Shown here piece by piece: positions 14,409-28,284 of a stretch of 64,000 bases of DNA. The notes under the pieces were generated by a model that had not been told where the DNA came from, did not search any database, and saw nothing but the letters and a program-made list of their open reading frames with translations. The position numbers and the translations under genes were made by a program. Source of the DNA: Octopus vulgaris (lineage: Eukaryota); contig OX597827.1 in NCBI GenBank assembly GCA_951406725.2, positions 32,240,001 to 32,304,000 on the forward strand. The letters are read 5' to 3'. Position 1 is the first letter of the stretch. Each line of letters opens with the position of its first letter.

Positions 14409-14688
14409 TCTATATATATAAAACTGTAGTTGTGTGAGTGTCTGTCCCCTTCGATTTAGATTCCTAACTACTCCCACATTTTGCGGTACAGTTTAACCAA
14501 ATTCGGGTAGCTTATAGTCGTGATTCATATCGAGCCCGTCTGAATATTAGCGCGCATCTACGATGAGTCTACGATTTTAAAAATAATTTAACATCATTTT
14601 TTATTCCATTTTAATGCATAATTTTTCGTGTGTCGATGGCGGCGGAGTTGGCGTCCACGCTCACACCTGCACCTGTGGGGAAGGGAGT
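14409..14688 (+). mobile_element. Helitron-like non-autonomous 5' segment
   Basis: a|TCTATATATATAAAA start followed by a tgtctgtc tract and accaaattcgg. Confidence 0.5.
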
Positions 14689-14788
14689 GACATATGAACA
14701 TATATATTGCCTATAATATATGTAGAGATATACATCTATATATTTACCATCATATTTTTTCCATTATATATATTTATTGATATGTGTG

Positions 14789-14819
<31 letters not shown>

Positions 14820-15221
14820 ATAATGTATGTTTATATATATATATATACATACATATACACACTTATAAATATATGTGTATATACACACGCACACATACTT
14901 ATGCCTATGTGTGTGTATGTGTGTACATATATACATAATGCTCTTTATATTGGATTGATGTTTGCATAATGGATAGCAAAGAGTGAGCATAAATATTGTA
15001 ATATGTCAAGCGTACGAAATGTCGCCAGTAAAATCACACAACCAATACTTCCGTTGGCAAAGAATCGCAATTTGTGGCAAACTCCATCATCTCCTAGCAC
15101 CGGCGGAGAATATTTGAAGATATGCGTCATGTGTATTTATTGAAATGAGGAGATTCTTCAATCACTGTTTAAGTTCATGTTGTTTAAGTGGTCTAAAGAT
15201 ACGTGACTGTTAATGGGCCAA

Positions 15222-15254
<33 letters not shown>

Positions 15255-16638
15255 CAAATATGCATACACATGCATATACGTGAATACATACACACATGCT
15301 AACATACATACGTTCATACATAGGTTTAGGAGTAGCTGTGTCGTAAGTATAGGCGTAGGAGTAGCTTTGTGGTAAGTAGCTTGCTTACGAACCACATGGT
15401 TCCGGGTTCAGTCCCACTGCATGACACCTTGGGCAAGTGTATTCTACTATAGCCTCGGGCCGACCAAAGCCTTGTGAGTGGATTTGGTAGACAGAAACTG
15501 AAAGAAGCTCGTCGTATATGCCTATATATATGTATGTGTGTATATATGTTTGTATGTCTGTGTTTGTCCCCCCAACATCGTTTGACAACCGATTCAGGTG
15601 TGTTTACGTCCCCGTAACTTAGCGCTTCGGCAAAAGAGACCGATAGAATAAGTACTAGGCTTACAAAGAATAAGTCCTGGGGTCGATTTGCTCGACTAAA
15701 GGCGGTGCTCCAGCATGGCCACAGTCAAATGACTGAAACAAGTAAAAGAGTAAAAGAGTATACATGCATATATACATACGTTCATACATATATACATGCA
15801 CACCTAAACAAGCAGTTACATGACTACGTATACACACACACACACACACATGCAATGGACACTGAGGAATATTCTAATAAAAACAGCAATCTGGTGCGAA
15901 CACAACAAAGTTATGGTTGTTCTATGGGACAAGAAACAAAATTCATGGACTGTCGGAGAGGTCAGCTGCCCAACGGATGTGAACGAACCATCAAAATTTC
16001 AGCGAAAAGTGAACATTTATGGTGAAGTAGTGCAGAACTGCTTTCGTACCCTGGCAACAGATCTTCAGTTTTGACTATCATCATATAAGCATTATTTTCT
16101 ACTCTAGGCACAAGGCCCGAAATTTGGGGGCAGGGGCCAGTCGATTAGATCGACCCCAGTACGCAACTGGAACTTAATTTATCGACCCCGAAAGGATGAA
16201 AGGCAAAGTCGACTCCGGCGGAATTCGAACTCAGAACGTAAAGACAGACGAAATACTGCTACGCATTTCGCCCGGCGTGCTAACATTTCTGCCAGCTCGC
16301 CGCCTTATATGCATTAGGCTATGTAACAACGGATTTGCACAAAAACCTTGAAATACTAGGATTTTTTTAAGAAAGAGAATGAAAAACTCACGCGCATCCT
16401 CCAATTCCAATCAATCAGCATCACGGTAAATATCTGTAAGACATTCCAAATATTCTCTGAGATTCTTTATATAAATACAAGCACAAGTTTGGTTGTGTGC
16501 ATTCACAGAGACATATATGTATAAAAAAAGTAATGCTGCATATATACACACGCGAACACCTACGTGCAAAAAGGACATGTTCACACAGAACATATGTACA
16601 GATACACCTATCTCTCTATCTATCTATCTATCTATCTA

Positions 16639-16685
<47 letters not shown>

Positions 16686-16822
16686 TCTCAGTCAACCACA
16701 TATTTACAAACCCCGGGAACTGTCTCAACTACGAAAGTTTTGTCACTTTTCTGGTGAAAAGTCTAATGAAAACCTCAAAGAAAACACACACAAATATATA
16801 TATATAAATGTGTGTGTGTATA

Positions 16823-17704
16823 CGATGGGGTACCAAAAAGTAACTGGAAACATTTTCTGTGGGACAAGCCCGTTGTAGTTCCGGCTTCCACCCGTTGAAG
16901 CCCTTTTGATGCGACCCCCAAGCACCGGTCTGCCAACCGGCGTTCTCCGGTGGGTTCATACTGCCACATGGTGCGTCTTTGCTTTGTAGTGTTTTTCTCC
17001 TGTTCGTCGATTTTTGCGATGGCTGAAACGAAGGACCAGCGTGCTTCCGTGAAATTCTGCTGGGGAAATCGGCGACCGAAACAGTTGTCATACTTCAAAC
17101 AGCTTACAAGGATTCGGCCATAAGGAAAACACAAGTTTACGAGTGGTTTTCACTCTTTAGGAATGGTTACTTATCGCTTGAGGACCAACCTCGTTCAGGG
17201 CCACTGTCGACTTCCTGAACGAGAATTCATGAACTGATCTGGAAAGACCTTCACTGAACAATTTACAGTCTTGTTGATATGACTGGTGTATCTTGAAGCT
17301 CCAGCCAACGAATTTTGAGCGAAGAATTGCAAATGAAAAGAGTTGCAGCAAAATTTGTGCCTCGCTTGCTCAAGGAAGATGGAAAGCAGTCGCGACCGAA
17401 TGCGTGCCGTGAACTGAAAGAACAGTTGGAAGTTGATCCGAACCTTTTTTCGAAGATCATCACTGGTGACGAAAGATGGTGCTACGGAATTTGCAGATGT
17501 GGAAGATTTGACAAAAAAAAAACACGGCGGCGTAGAAAGGCATCACTTCGCAAGAGTTCCAGCACGGTTTTGAACAGTGGAAAATGCGCCTGGACCGATG
17601 CATTGCTTCAAATGGAGAACGCTTTGAAGGCGATAGAAGTGTAAATATGTAAAACTATGTGAATAAAATAATGCAAAATATCAGTTTCTTTTGGGTACTC
17701 CCCG
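16823..17704 (+). mobile_element. Mariner transposon, internally deleted
   Basis: Imperfect TIRs (cgatggggtaccaaaaag / cttttgggtactccccg) with TA flanks; EWF..LEDQPRSG, AKFVPRLL, ITGDERW and a C-terminal W..RLDRCI..NGE.FE. Confidence 0.9.
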
Positions 17705-17807
17705 TATACATATATATGTGTATAGATATATCATATATACACATACGATGATCTTAACGGAACAGTAAATTATATACACACACGCATACAAATAAATAAA
17801 TAATTGA

Positions 17808-17845
<38 letters not shown>

Positions 17846-17933
17846 CAAGGGTTGAACAGAAAGAACATAGCAAAGAGAAAAATTAAACGAAAGCAGAGCA
17901 AACGGAAAGCTAGAAGAAAACTTAACAGACGGA

Positions 17934-17993
<60 letters not shown>

Positions 17994-20900
17994 ACACAGG
18001 CACACACAGACACACACAGACATATATATATATATGTATGTATGCGTATATATTTATGTGTATATATATATGTATATATATATATGCATATATGTATACA
18101 CACATATATATGCAAATAGATTGACAGACAGACAGATAGATAATGCGCTTTCACTCTTATTTCATTGTAGTTCTTTTGCAACATCATTTTCCCTTACCAC
18201 CACCTTTCTCTCACTCTATCAATCTATTAATCTCTCTCACTCTCTCTCTCTCTCTCTTTCTCTCTCTCACTCTCTCGCTCTTTCTCACTCCAAGTTATTC
18301 TACTTTTCACTGTTACCTTCGATTCATTCTCAATTTCTTTTTACTCTGTTTTCCCCTCCTTTTTCCTATCTTCCCTTTTTTTCTTCACTTTATTCTATTC
18401 TCCCTCCCTTCCCCACTCTATCTTTCTTCTCTCTCTCTCTTCCCCCCCTCTCTCTCTCTCACTCAGTATTTCTTCTCTCACTCTTTCCATTGTATCACTC
18501 GTCAACATGGCGATGCGATAAATAACTCTTTATCAATTTAAATAATTCCCTTTCGGAACATTTTTTTTCTCTGACCAAATAGTGCAACAATAGAATTTTA
18601 ACACATTTCTTCTTAATTTTATTGATACTGCGAAAACCACTTCAATCAAACGTCACACGACAGATTCAAGTCATTTTTGTGAGGCAGAAATGTGCGTCTG
18701 AAAGCGTCGTCTGCCTCAGTGAAAGGCGGGAGGATTTGTTGAAGAGCAACGTCTGCTTCGGGAAATTTCTCTCACAAAATGATTTTTGTTGTAATCAATT
18801 TGAAGTGGCACAGAAGAAGCGAATAAAATCACAAAAATAACAAAATTAAAATGAAAAAAGAATATTAAAAAATTGAAAATACAGGGAAAAAAAGAAAAAG
18901 AAAAGAAAGAGAAAGAGAAGGCAAAAGAATGGATGAAATATTCTGAAGAGAACGGGAGTGGGGTGATGCAAAGAAACAAACAAGGAGGGTAAGGAAACTT
19001 GAGGGCGAAGGGATAAGGTAGAGGCTTAAAGAGATAAAATAGGGGGGGGGGAGGATGTAAAAAAAAAGAAAGAAAAAGACAAGCTGACAGATAAATATAT
19101 CGGTAGATAGATAGATAGAAAAATTATGAAGGAAGAAAGTGGAGAAAGAGGTAGAAATGCAGTACAAATAAGGTTTCTTTTTCATTTGGTAGAGGTCGCT
19201 ATAAGCAGTATTCATTAAAAAAAGATACTATTGCAAGGCTTCGCTTAAAGTATGACGTTTGAGAGAGTGTTCACTGTTGACGAGTGTGAGTGAAGGAGCG
19301 AGTATGAATGGCACGAGGAGCTGGTTGTTTACACTGCACCTGAGTATATGAATGTGGATACGTGTTTGTGGATATTTGTGAGTGTGAGCGTGTGTGTGTA
19401 TGTGTGCGTAAGTGTGCGTGTTTGAGAGAGAGAGAGAGACAGACAGACAGAGACAGACAAAACAAGCAAACAGATAGACAGAGGGCGAACCTATGTATCT
19501 TTATAAACGTACTTAAAAGTGAGAATCTGTGTGAAAAAAATATTGAATGAAAAATAATTTGTTGTATTTGAACATTGTTATGTGAATGAATTTGTCAGGA
19601 AATGACTGATTACTCGGAGCTATATTTTGAGAACCATACTTTTTAACGAAAGGTATTCATTCTATCCAATTTAATGGTGCCGATTTCATATCATTTCTTA
19701 GAATTTACATGTAACATCAAGTTTTTCAGAAACGCATTTTCAAATTTCAGGTTCATAGAACATTCTCACTTTAGCAAAACAAAATTTAAACATTTGAGAT
19801 ATAATATCTTGTATTGCCATTTTAGATGTTTTATAGAAATATCTAGCCCTTTTCACCTACATTTTGGGTCCAAATTTTATGAAAATTACATGTATTTTTA
19901 AAACGTTTACCTGGAAAATATGCCATATTTTATTACATGTACGTAGCCATTACTACATTATTCAGCCATGAGAAGGGAATAATAAAATGCGTCAAATATC
20001 ACAAAAATGGCATTATGGCGTTTGTAATGGTAAACAACACGATATTTTAGGGGGGAAATATATCGCTCTGCCAATAAGTTCCAGCTGTTTCATGATAATC
20101 TAACGTCTGAAGGGGTAAAATAACCATATAAACGAAGTTAGTTCTCAAGTTAACTGTTAAAGGGTGCTGCTTCCAATTCTTGGGATGTTGAACAAAAACG
20201 ACAGCTGTTTTATATATATATATACATTTCTTTTCTGTCTTTTTCAGAACAAATAATATTCTGCCATCGTATATTCATGCCACTGTCTCTGGTAAGAATT
20301 TGTGTTGTGTGATATTCTTTTCTACTCTAGACACAAGGCCCAGAATTTTGGGGGATGGGGCCAGTCGATTAGATCGACCCCAGTACGCAACTGATACTTA
20401 ATTTATCGACCCCGAAAGGATGAAAGTAAAAGTCGACACCGGCGGAATTTGAACTCAGAACGTAAAGATAGACTAAATACCTATTTCTTTACTACCCACA
20501 AGGGGCTAAACACAGAGAGGACAAACAAGGACAGACAAATGGATTAAGTCGATTATATCGACCCCAGTGCGTAACTAGTACTTATTTAATCGATCCTGAA
20601 AGGATGAAAGGCAAAGTCGACTTCGGCGGAATTTGAACTCAGAAGGTAGCGGCAGACGCAATACCGCTAAGCATTTCGCCCGGGGTGCTAACGTTTCTGC
20701 CAGAGTCTTGTCTATCTGTTAAAACGTTTCCTTCCCGACTATACGGTTCTACATTCAGTCCCACTGCGTGGCACCTTGGGCAACAGTTTTCTACTATGGC
20801 CTGGGGCCAACCAAAACCTAGTGATTGGATTCGGTTGAGGAAAACTGAAAGAAGCTTGTTGTGTGTGTGTGTGTGTCTGTGTGTGTGTGTGAGAGAGTTT

Positions 20901-22435
20901 GTGTCTGTGTGAGTCTGTGTGTATGTGTGCGTGAGTGTGCGCCTGTGTTTATGTTTGTGCTCCACCACCGCTTGACAACCGGTGTTGGTGTGTTTAAGTC
21001 CCGTGACTTAGCTGTTCGGCAAGAGACTTCGATCAAATAAGTACCGAGCTTTAAAATAATAAATAAGTACTGGGGTTGATTCGTTCCACTAAAGTTCTTC
21101 AAGGAGGTGCCCCAGCATGGTCGGAGTCTAATAATTGAAACAAGTAAAAGATAAGAAAAAGATATTTAATATACCTGTATTTTCTATGTCGTTCATAGAC
21201 ACGCCGCTGGCCCTTCTGGGTGGTTTATTCTTTTATTCTTTTACTTGTTTCAGTCATTTTACTGCTTCCATGCTGGAGCACCGCCTTTAGTCGAGCAAAT
21301 CGACCCCAGGACTTACTCCTTGTAGGCCTAGTACTTATTCTATCGGTCTCTTCTGCCGTACCGTTAAATTACGGGGACGTAAACACACCAACATCGGTTG
21401 TCAAGCGATGTTGGGGAGCAAACACAGACACGACGGGCTTCTTTCAGTTTCCGTCCACCAAGTCCACTGACAAGGTTTTAGTCGGCCCGAGGCTACAGTA
21501 GAAGACACTTGCTCAAGGTGCTATGCAGTGGGGCTGAACCCGGACCCATGTAGTTGGGAGCAAGCTTCTTACCACACAACCACACTACGCTCATTTTTTT
21601 TAAAGATCTATGCATTAATTTTCGTATATCGTTTACCTCTTACGGCTGTGCTGGAGCACCGCCTCGAAGGGTTTTAGTCGAACAAATCGGCGCCAGGACT
21701 TTTATTATGTCTGATACTTATTCTATCGGTCTGTTTTGTCGAACCGCTAAGTTACAGGGACGTAAACACACCAACACCAGTCGTTAAGCGGTGGAGGGTG
21801 GGGAAACACAGACATAAAATCACACACACTCATATGCATGTATATGATAGGTTTCTTTCAGTTTCCGTCTACCAAATCCACTCACTTGCCTTAGCTCTCA
21901 TGCAGTGGGACTGAACCCGGAACCTTGTGATTAGGAAGCAAGTTTCCTACCACACAGCAACGGAGGTAGGTTAGGACAACTGTGTACCGAAGTCCACAAC
22001 TGCCCTCTTATCTCCAGACAATATGCCTGCCCTTCTTTCCCAACCTTCGGAGCGCGAAGTAATCCTCACGACCGCAGGTTCATGAGATGGCTGTGATCTG
22101 TAAAGAATTTTGAATTCGTAAAACGGAAGAGAAGAATAAAAACGCACTGTCAAACAAGTTTGTCTGCATGCCATGTTTGACATCACTGTCACACAGCTTA
22201 GCTGAAATTTTCTTGTCTTGACAATTTTAAATAATTCTTGCTACTTGAGATTATCTCCCCTTCTCATTTCGAGCTGATCTCAATTGCCATTTGGTTATTG
22301 TGTTACCTACTGTAAATATAGAGGTAATTTATGTTGTAGGGTGTTTATATACCTGTATTTGTCTATTTCGTTCATGTGCATGCTTTTGGCAACTTTTTGT
22401 TATTCTTCTCAGCTCATTTTTGCTTAATCTATCCA

Positions 22436-22488
<53 letters not shown>

Positions 22489-22713
22489 TGCATATATACA
22501 TACATACACATATACATATATACATATAGGAAGCTCCGAATGACCCGTCCTTGTTTTTTCCTGTTCTATTTTTGTATCGTCTAACTGTCCGGATGTTTTG
22601 TTGTCGCCTGTTACGTTCTTTGTTCATTTTCTATTTTATTTCTTCATATAAACATATAGCGGCGTACGTACGCTTTTGGTTTCCTGTATATAAGTACACA
22701 CACACGCACACAC

Positions 22714-22797
<84 letters not shown>

Positions 22798-23278
22798 TCC
22801 GCCTAGCCTGACCTTTCTTTCTTGGTTCAACTACCATCGTGTAGCATCTCTTATATTCCTTCCCATGACTTTCATCTCATATGCCGTATGGCTTCACTTC
22901 CACACACGCCAGCTTAATTTAATTCGTCCTTTGTAGAAAGCCAACTGTTGTTAATATCCTGTTGTTTGTATTTCTAATTGTATACCATTTCTGGGTTTTT
23001 TTTCCTTGTTTTCGTATACATTCGCTTGCTTTCTTCAAAGGAGTCTAGTACTCTTAGCTTAGATTTTCTTGGGGCCGGCAATACTGGAGCAGTCTCGACT
23101 GAAACCGGCCGAAACTGCAAAGATGATCTGGAATTCGATTGAGGATAGGAAGCTCCGAATGACCCGTCCTTGTCTTTTCCTGTCCTTTTTTGTATCGTCT
23201 AACTGTCCGGATGTTTTACTGTCGCCTGTTACGTTCTTGTTCCATTTTTTGTTTTCTTTTTTATATATACATATATAT

Positions 23279-23341
<63 letters not shown>

Positions 23342-23369
23342 AATATTTCAAATCTATATTTCCGAATGC

Positions 23370-23433
23370 TGTACTGAAGATGAGAAATAAGTAAGTAAAT
23401 ATAACTTTACTTTAATCTCGAAACGCGTATGTA
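23370..23433 (+). ncRNA. Hammerhead motif, core intact, weak stem I
   Basis: tgta CTGAAGA t gaga...tctc GAAA cgcg TA tgta; palindromic stem III. Confidence 0.65.
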
Positions 23434-23617
23434 TCTAATCTGAGTCGTGTGGATTCGTTATTTTTTTTTCTTTTTTGCCTACGTAAAAAGTGTGTTACTG
23501 TCTAGGAGATCCTTATGGCAGTAGAAATGGCATTTTAACTCCTATTTCTAAATTCGATGCGTGGCGAAGCAATTAGCAATTAGTTGACCCCCGGTTATAA
23601 TTATGTTTATAATTATA

Positions 23618-23686
<69 letters not shown>

Positions 23687-23771
23687 TAGATAGATATATT
23701 TATATATATGTATATATATATATATACATATATAGATAGATAAATAAATAGATAGATAGATAGATAGATGT

Positions 23772-23822
<51 letters not shown>

Positions 23823-25011
23823 TTAAATATATATATGTACACATGTACGTTGTGAATATTACATATATATGTATATGTATGTATGCATGCATGCATGTAT
23901 GTATGTATGTATGTATGTATGTATGTATGTATGTATGTATGTATGTATGTATGTATGTATGACGGTAACGTTTTACTTTGATCTTCCCTAACAGCTCGTA
24001 ATTTGGCAGGGAAATTGCCTAAATGGTGGGGGAAGAAAATGTATTTTTATATTTATATCACATCTTGGTGTATGGAAGGAAATAACTGATTTAATAAATA
24101 GATCTTCATACATAATTTTCATCTTCAAATTTATTATCAAAAACTTTTTCACATTGAATGCTATCCAGGCATTTTTCTTAACAGTTTAAATAAACTCATA
24201 AATATCTTATCTCCCATTAATGTTCTTATCTGAGGACCATTTAACATACATGCCTTGCATTTCTCTTGATTTAGAGTAAAAAAATTTCCACAATCATATT
24301 TAAAAGAGTTAGCTATCTTATCTAAAACTGAAATTGTTACCTCAAAGCGAGATTAACATAAAGTTCTGGGTGCAAAATATTTTTTGTTTAAGTGGGGAGA
24401 TGTTCCTGGATTTTACTGAGGCGATGTCCTATGCTTTCCGACATAAAAGTATTTTCTTTCACGTTATTTATTTCTCGGTGAGTGGGTAAATTTTTTCCAG
24501 CTTAATTGTTCCATAAACACAGATAACAAGGAAACTTAATGTAGCCGCTTTGTTGGACAAGCGGCAAACAAATCACTTTCAAATCTCTACAAATCTAATT
24601 CTGTTTGAAGTATTTTAGTGTTTCTTTTTTTTTTTTCAATATCACTTTCACGGTTTTTTAACTTTCTTTAAAATGTACCTAGTGGCCACTATCCCATAAT
24701 TCAACAAAATACACATTGAACTGGCCTTTGAGTTGTCAATGAAAAATCGTCATTCGTCTAATTTTTATTGGCATCCCATTACATTTATCAAATCAGTAAG
24801 CATCAGACTGTAACAGTTTTTTTCATTATGTCGATGAAAATGAATTGTTGTTTCCGAAGCATGAGTTTCAATAATTTGTCTGGTATCTTTGGAAGATCAA
24901 AATTGCACACTCAGTCATTTAATTCAGAACGGTTTAAGGATATAGGTGTTCATGTACCAGAAGGTTGCGTTTTAACCCCTTTAATCCGCTCTGAAGTGGT
25001 TCGACAGAGTG

Positions 25012-25325
25012 CCAAACACCGACCTGTGGGAAAGGGCCAACCAGGAGCCCATACATGTTCAGATGAGACGAAGGAAATGGAGATGAATCGGACACACACT
25101 GCGGAAAGAACCCTCAAATGTGACACGACCAGCACTTGACTGGAACCCGCAGGGGAAAAGGAAGCGAGGACGCCCGAGACAGACATGGAAGCGGAACATT
25201 TTGGACGAGCTCAGGACCAACGGTCTGACATGGGAAGCAGCCAAGAAACACGCCAATGACCGCAAAAAGTGGAAAACAACTGTTGAGGCCCTATGCTCCA
25301 CAAGGGGCAAATGGATTAAGAAGAC
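25012..25325 (+). mobile_element. RTE-clade LINE 3' end fragment
   Basis: RKWR*IGHTLRK..TRPALDWNPQGKRKRGRPRQTW..DRKKW..ALCS is a typical RTE C-terminus. Confidence 0.9.
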
Positions 25326-25684
25326 TCCGCTCTGATGTGCAGTAATCGTGTTTATCGACGGCTCTTCAGAACAGTGATGTCATATGACCGATGGTTATTT
25401 GTCTTATGAGTTAGTCATAGAGCTCTGTCCAGAAATATCAAATATACTCGAGCAACAATCTTCAGGATGGTTTATCGATTCTATCCAGAGTCTATCCAGG
25501 AACGCCAAAGCTCGTTTTCTTTCTTTATCGGTGCTTCATTGCCTCAGATTCAGACACAGAGAAGGTTTCATCGTTTGTCTTTATTACTCAATTTCATTCA
25601 AGAAAATCGCGAACTAAAGTTTATTAATCTACAACAAGAATATTATTCACAGAGACTTCCAAATTTTGACCTGTAAAACCATTG

Positions 25685-25738
25685 TTGGCAGCCCGACGAC
25701 GCTGGCTTAACTGGCCGAAACTTTGAAGTCACTGTCAA
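25685..25738 (+). ncRNA. Hammerhead motif with CCGACGA core, partly decayed
   Basis: ttggcagc CCGACGA c gctgg cttaa ctggc c GAAA ctt tg aag TC actgtcaa; stem I pairs at 7 of 8 positions. Confidence 0.65.
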
Positions 25739-26452
25739 ACATATTCTTGCATAGGAATAATAAATTTGTACTCTACAAAAGCATAGAGTAACGCATCAGA
25801 TTAACTAATTAAATTGTTGTTTTTTATTATAACTGAACATTAAAACAAACATGAACAAAAGTGATAAAGATCTTTGGTTCTAATTAAACAGTTTACCTGT
25901 TGTGCGTTAGGAGACGAATATGTCGTGATCATACAACTTACACAATCACAACTGAGACTAAAGGGAGAGCAAAGTCGATGCAGGGATATCTTCAATTTAA
26001 TAGCAGTTGTTCACTGGAATCTGTTCAAACAAGAATCATTTCTCAGCTGAAGGAGGCCTTCTCGGTGTTTAACTGCACAAACTGAGGTATGCGTCCCAAC
26101 TGAGCCAAGATTTTTTCTGTGCATTTATGTCCACAGCGTCAAAAGTTATCGTTAGAGGTTCGGCCTCAGTTCCATGCACTTCCACTGCAAATGTCTGACG
26201 CTAACAATCAAATCTGCCGAACACTTACGACATCCGAATAATTCACGTTGAGACTCGAGGATGATAGAATGTGTCTGAAGCCAATTCAAAATAAAAGCAT
26301 GTGTGTACGTACATGCATGTATGTATGTGGACACAAACACATACATATACACACACGCACGCACGCACACGTGTATAAACATACATATAGGTAAATGTAT
26401 TTACGATATGTAAGCCAACTTATATATATATATATATGCATATGTATATATA

Positions 26453-26488
<36 letters not shown>

Positions 26489-26534
26489 TGTATGTACATA
26501 TGTATGTATGTATGGATGGATGGATGGATGGATG

Positions 26535-26585
<51 letters not shown>

Positions 26586-26588
<3 letters not shown>

Positions 26589-26894
26589 ACCTGTACAACC
26601 TGTTGCATGGTCGGGCCGTCGGCGACTAAACCGGCAACCCCTACCAAGTTTGCTTGGTGAGGAGGGTGTTTATTGGACACACTGCGGGATGAAAAACAAA
26701 ACCCGTCAAAGGGCGGAGGAATTCTTGAGAGCCAACGGCCATCCAATAAATGTGTAATTATATATTTACTGTACATCTGCCTTTTTCTCACTAATTTTTA
26801 TATATTGTATACTTTTATAGCTTGCTCATTTTGTAAATTTTTATATACTTCACATCATATATTTTATATATATTTTGTATATCAATGTTTTATA

Positions 26895-26945
<51 letters not shown>

Positions 26946-27443
26946 TTATTTATTTAAATAATGAGGGAGATAAATTTAATATTAATTTAATTAATATCAA
27001 TTTAAAACCAGTAGCCTAGCATACAAAAATCTGATTTCTCTGATTATATATATATATATCTTATGTTTTATTTATTTATTTATTTATTTTTTTCCTTATA
27101 TCAATCTTATCCAGCTTAAGGCTGTATCATGCGCGGGGACATAGAAATAATCGGACTGAATACCCGATCGTGCGGTTAGACCACTGGGAGTGAAGGACTC
27201 CTAGCCTTTGTTAGGACATCCTTCTAGGAGAAGGTAACTCCGACATAAAACCTGCGGCTCAGTGGTTACCGATGATGTTGACTTGTTCTTCTTATTGCTG
27301 CTGTTGCTTAGTGAGTGGAATTGACTCAGTGCACAGTCTTTCCTCACTTTAAAAAAATCTTCTTGCACGGGCATTACACGATAACAACATTGAGTTAAGC
27401 TTCGTGCAATGGCCATACTCGATAACGAGGGGGGCAGCCATCA
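26586..27443 (+). mobile_element. Second copy of the 8843 repeat, interrupted by a ~360-bp AT-rich insertion
   Basis: Colinear with 8885-9385 on both sides of 26754-27115. Confidence 0.75.
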
Positions 27444-27482
27444 TATATATATATATATATACATATATATACACATATATAT

Positions 27483-27529
<47 letters not shown>

Positions 27530-27557
27530 TATATACATACATACATACATACATACA

Positions 27558-27593
<36 letters not shown>

Positions 27594-27791
27594 TATATTT
27601 GGAGATTCATACCATCTATGTCTTAATGTAAATATAAGCCATATATCTGAATTATGAATTTGCTTGTCTGAATGTTGAAGACAAATATCTTAAATTTTTA
27701 TCTTATACCAATTTTTATTAATCTTTAGTTAATATACAAGCGAAAAAACAGTTGCACTATATACTGGAGCTTCATCGCCGTTAAATTTCTC

Positions 27792-27842
<51 letters not shown>

Positions 27843-27929
27843 CCAAAAAACAACAAACAAAATAAAAACAACGCGAGGACGTGGTATATTTAATGTATTT
27901 GCAGACGCTCAGGAGAGGAAAGAAAGATG

Positions 27930-27965
27930 GTTTAACGTTTTGAGCAGACGCTCTTCTTCGGAAAC
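27930..27965 (-). ncRNA. Minimal hammerhead motif, two core substitutions
   Basis: gttt CCGAAGA a gagc gtct gctc AAAAC GTT aaac; same family as 49380. Confidence 0.6.
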
Positions 27966-28284
27966 GGAGGAAAGTCCAAAAGAAGAGAAGGCGGAGGAAG
28001 AAAATCGCCAACGATTCACATGTGCTTACATTTTGAAAAATAAAATTCAGTAGGGTATTAGAATACCACTTGCTATATCGCTCTAAAAGCACAAATTAGT
28101 CACTATTAAAATACAGACATTGTTTGTATTTTTTACATATACAGGTATAAACTTGCTAGCCACTTTGTTATCATTAGTATTATTAATAATGGTAATGATA
28201 CCTAATTTAAATTATATTGTTCTGGCTCACGTTATGTTCGATTTTCAATGTCGCTGGGGCACTCAAATGAAAGAACGCACCAAA

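Noticed and set aside
16030-16075. Minus-strand CTGAAGA...GAAA
   Set aside because: No stem I, and stem II is out of register.
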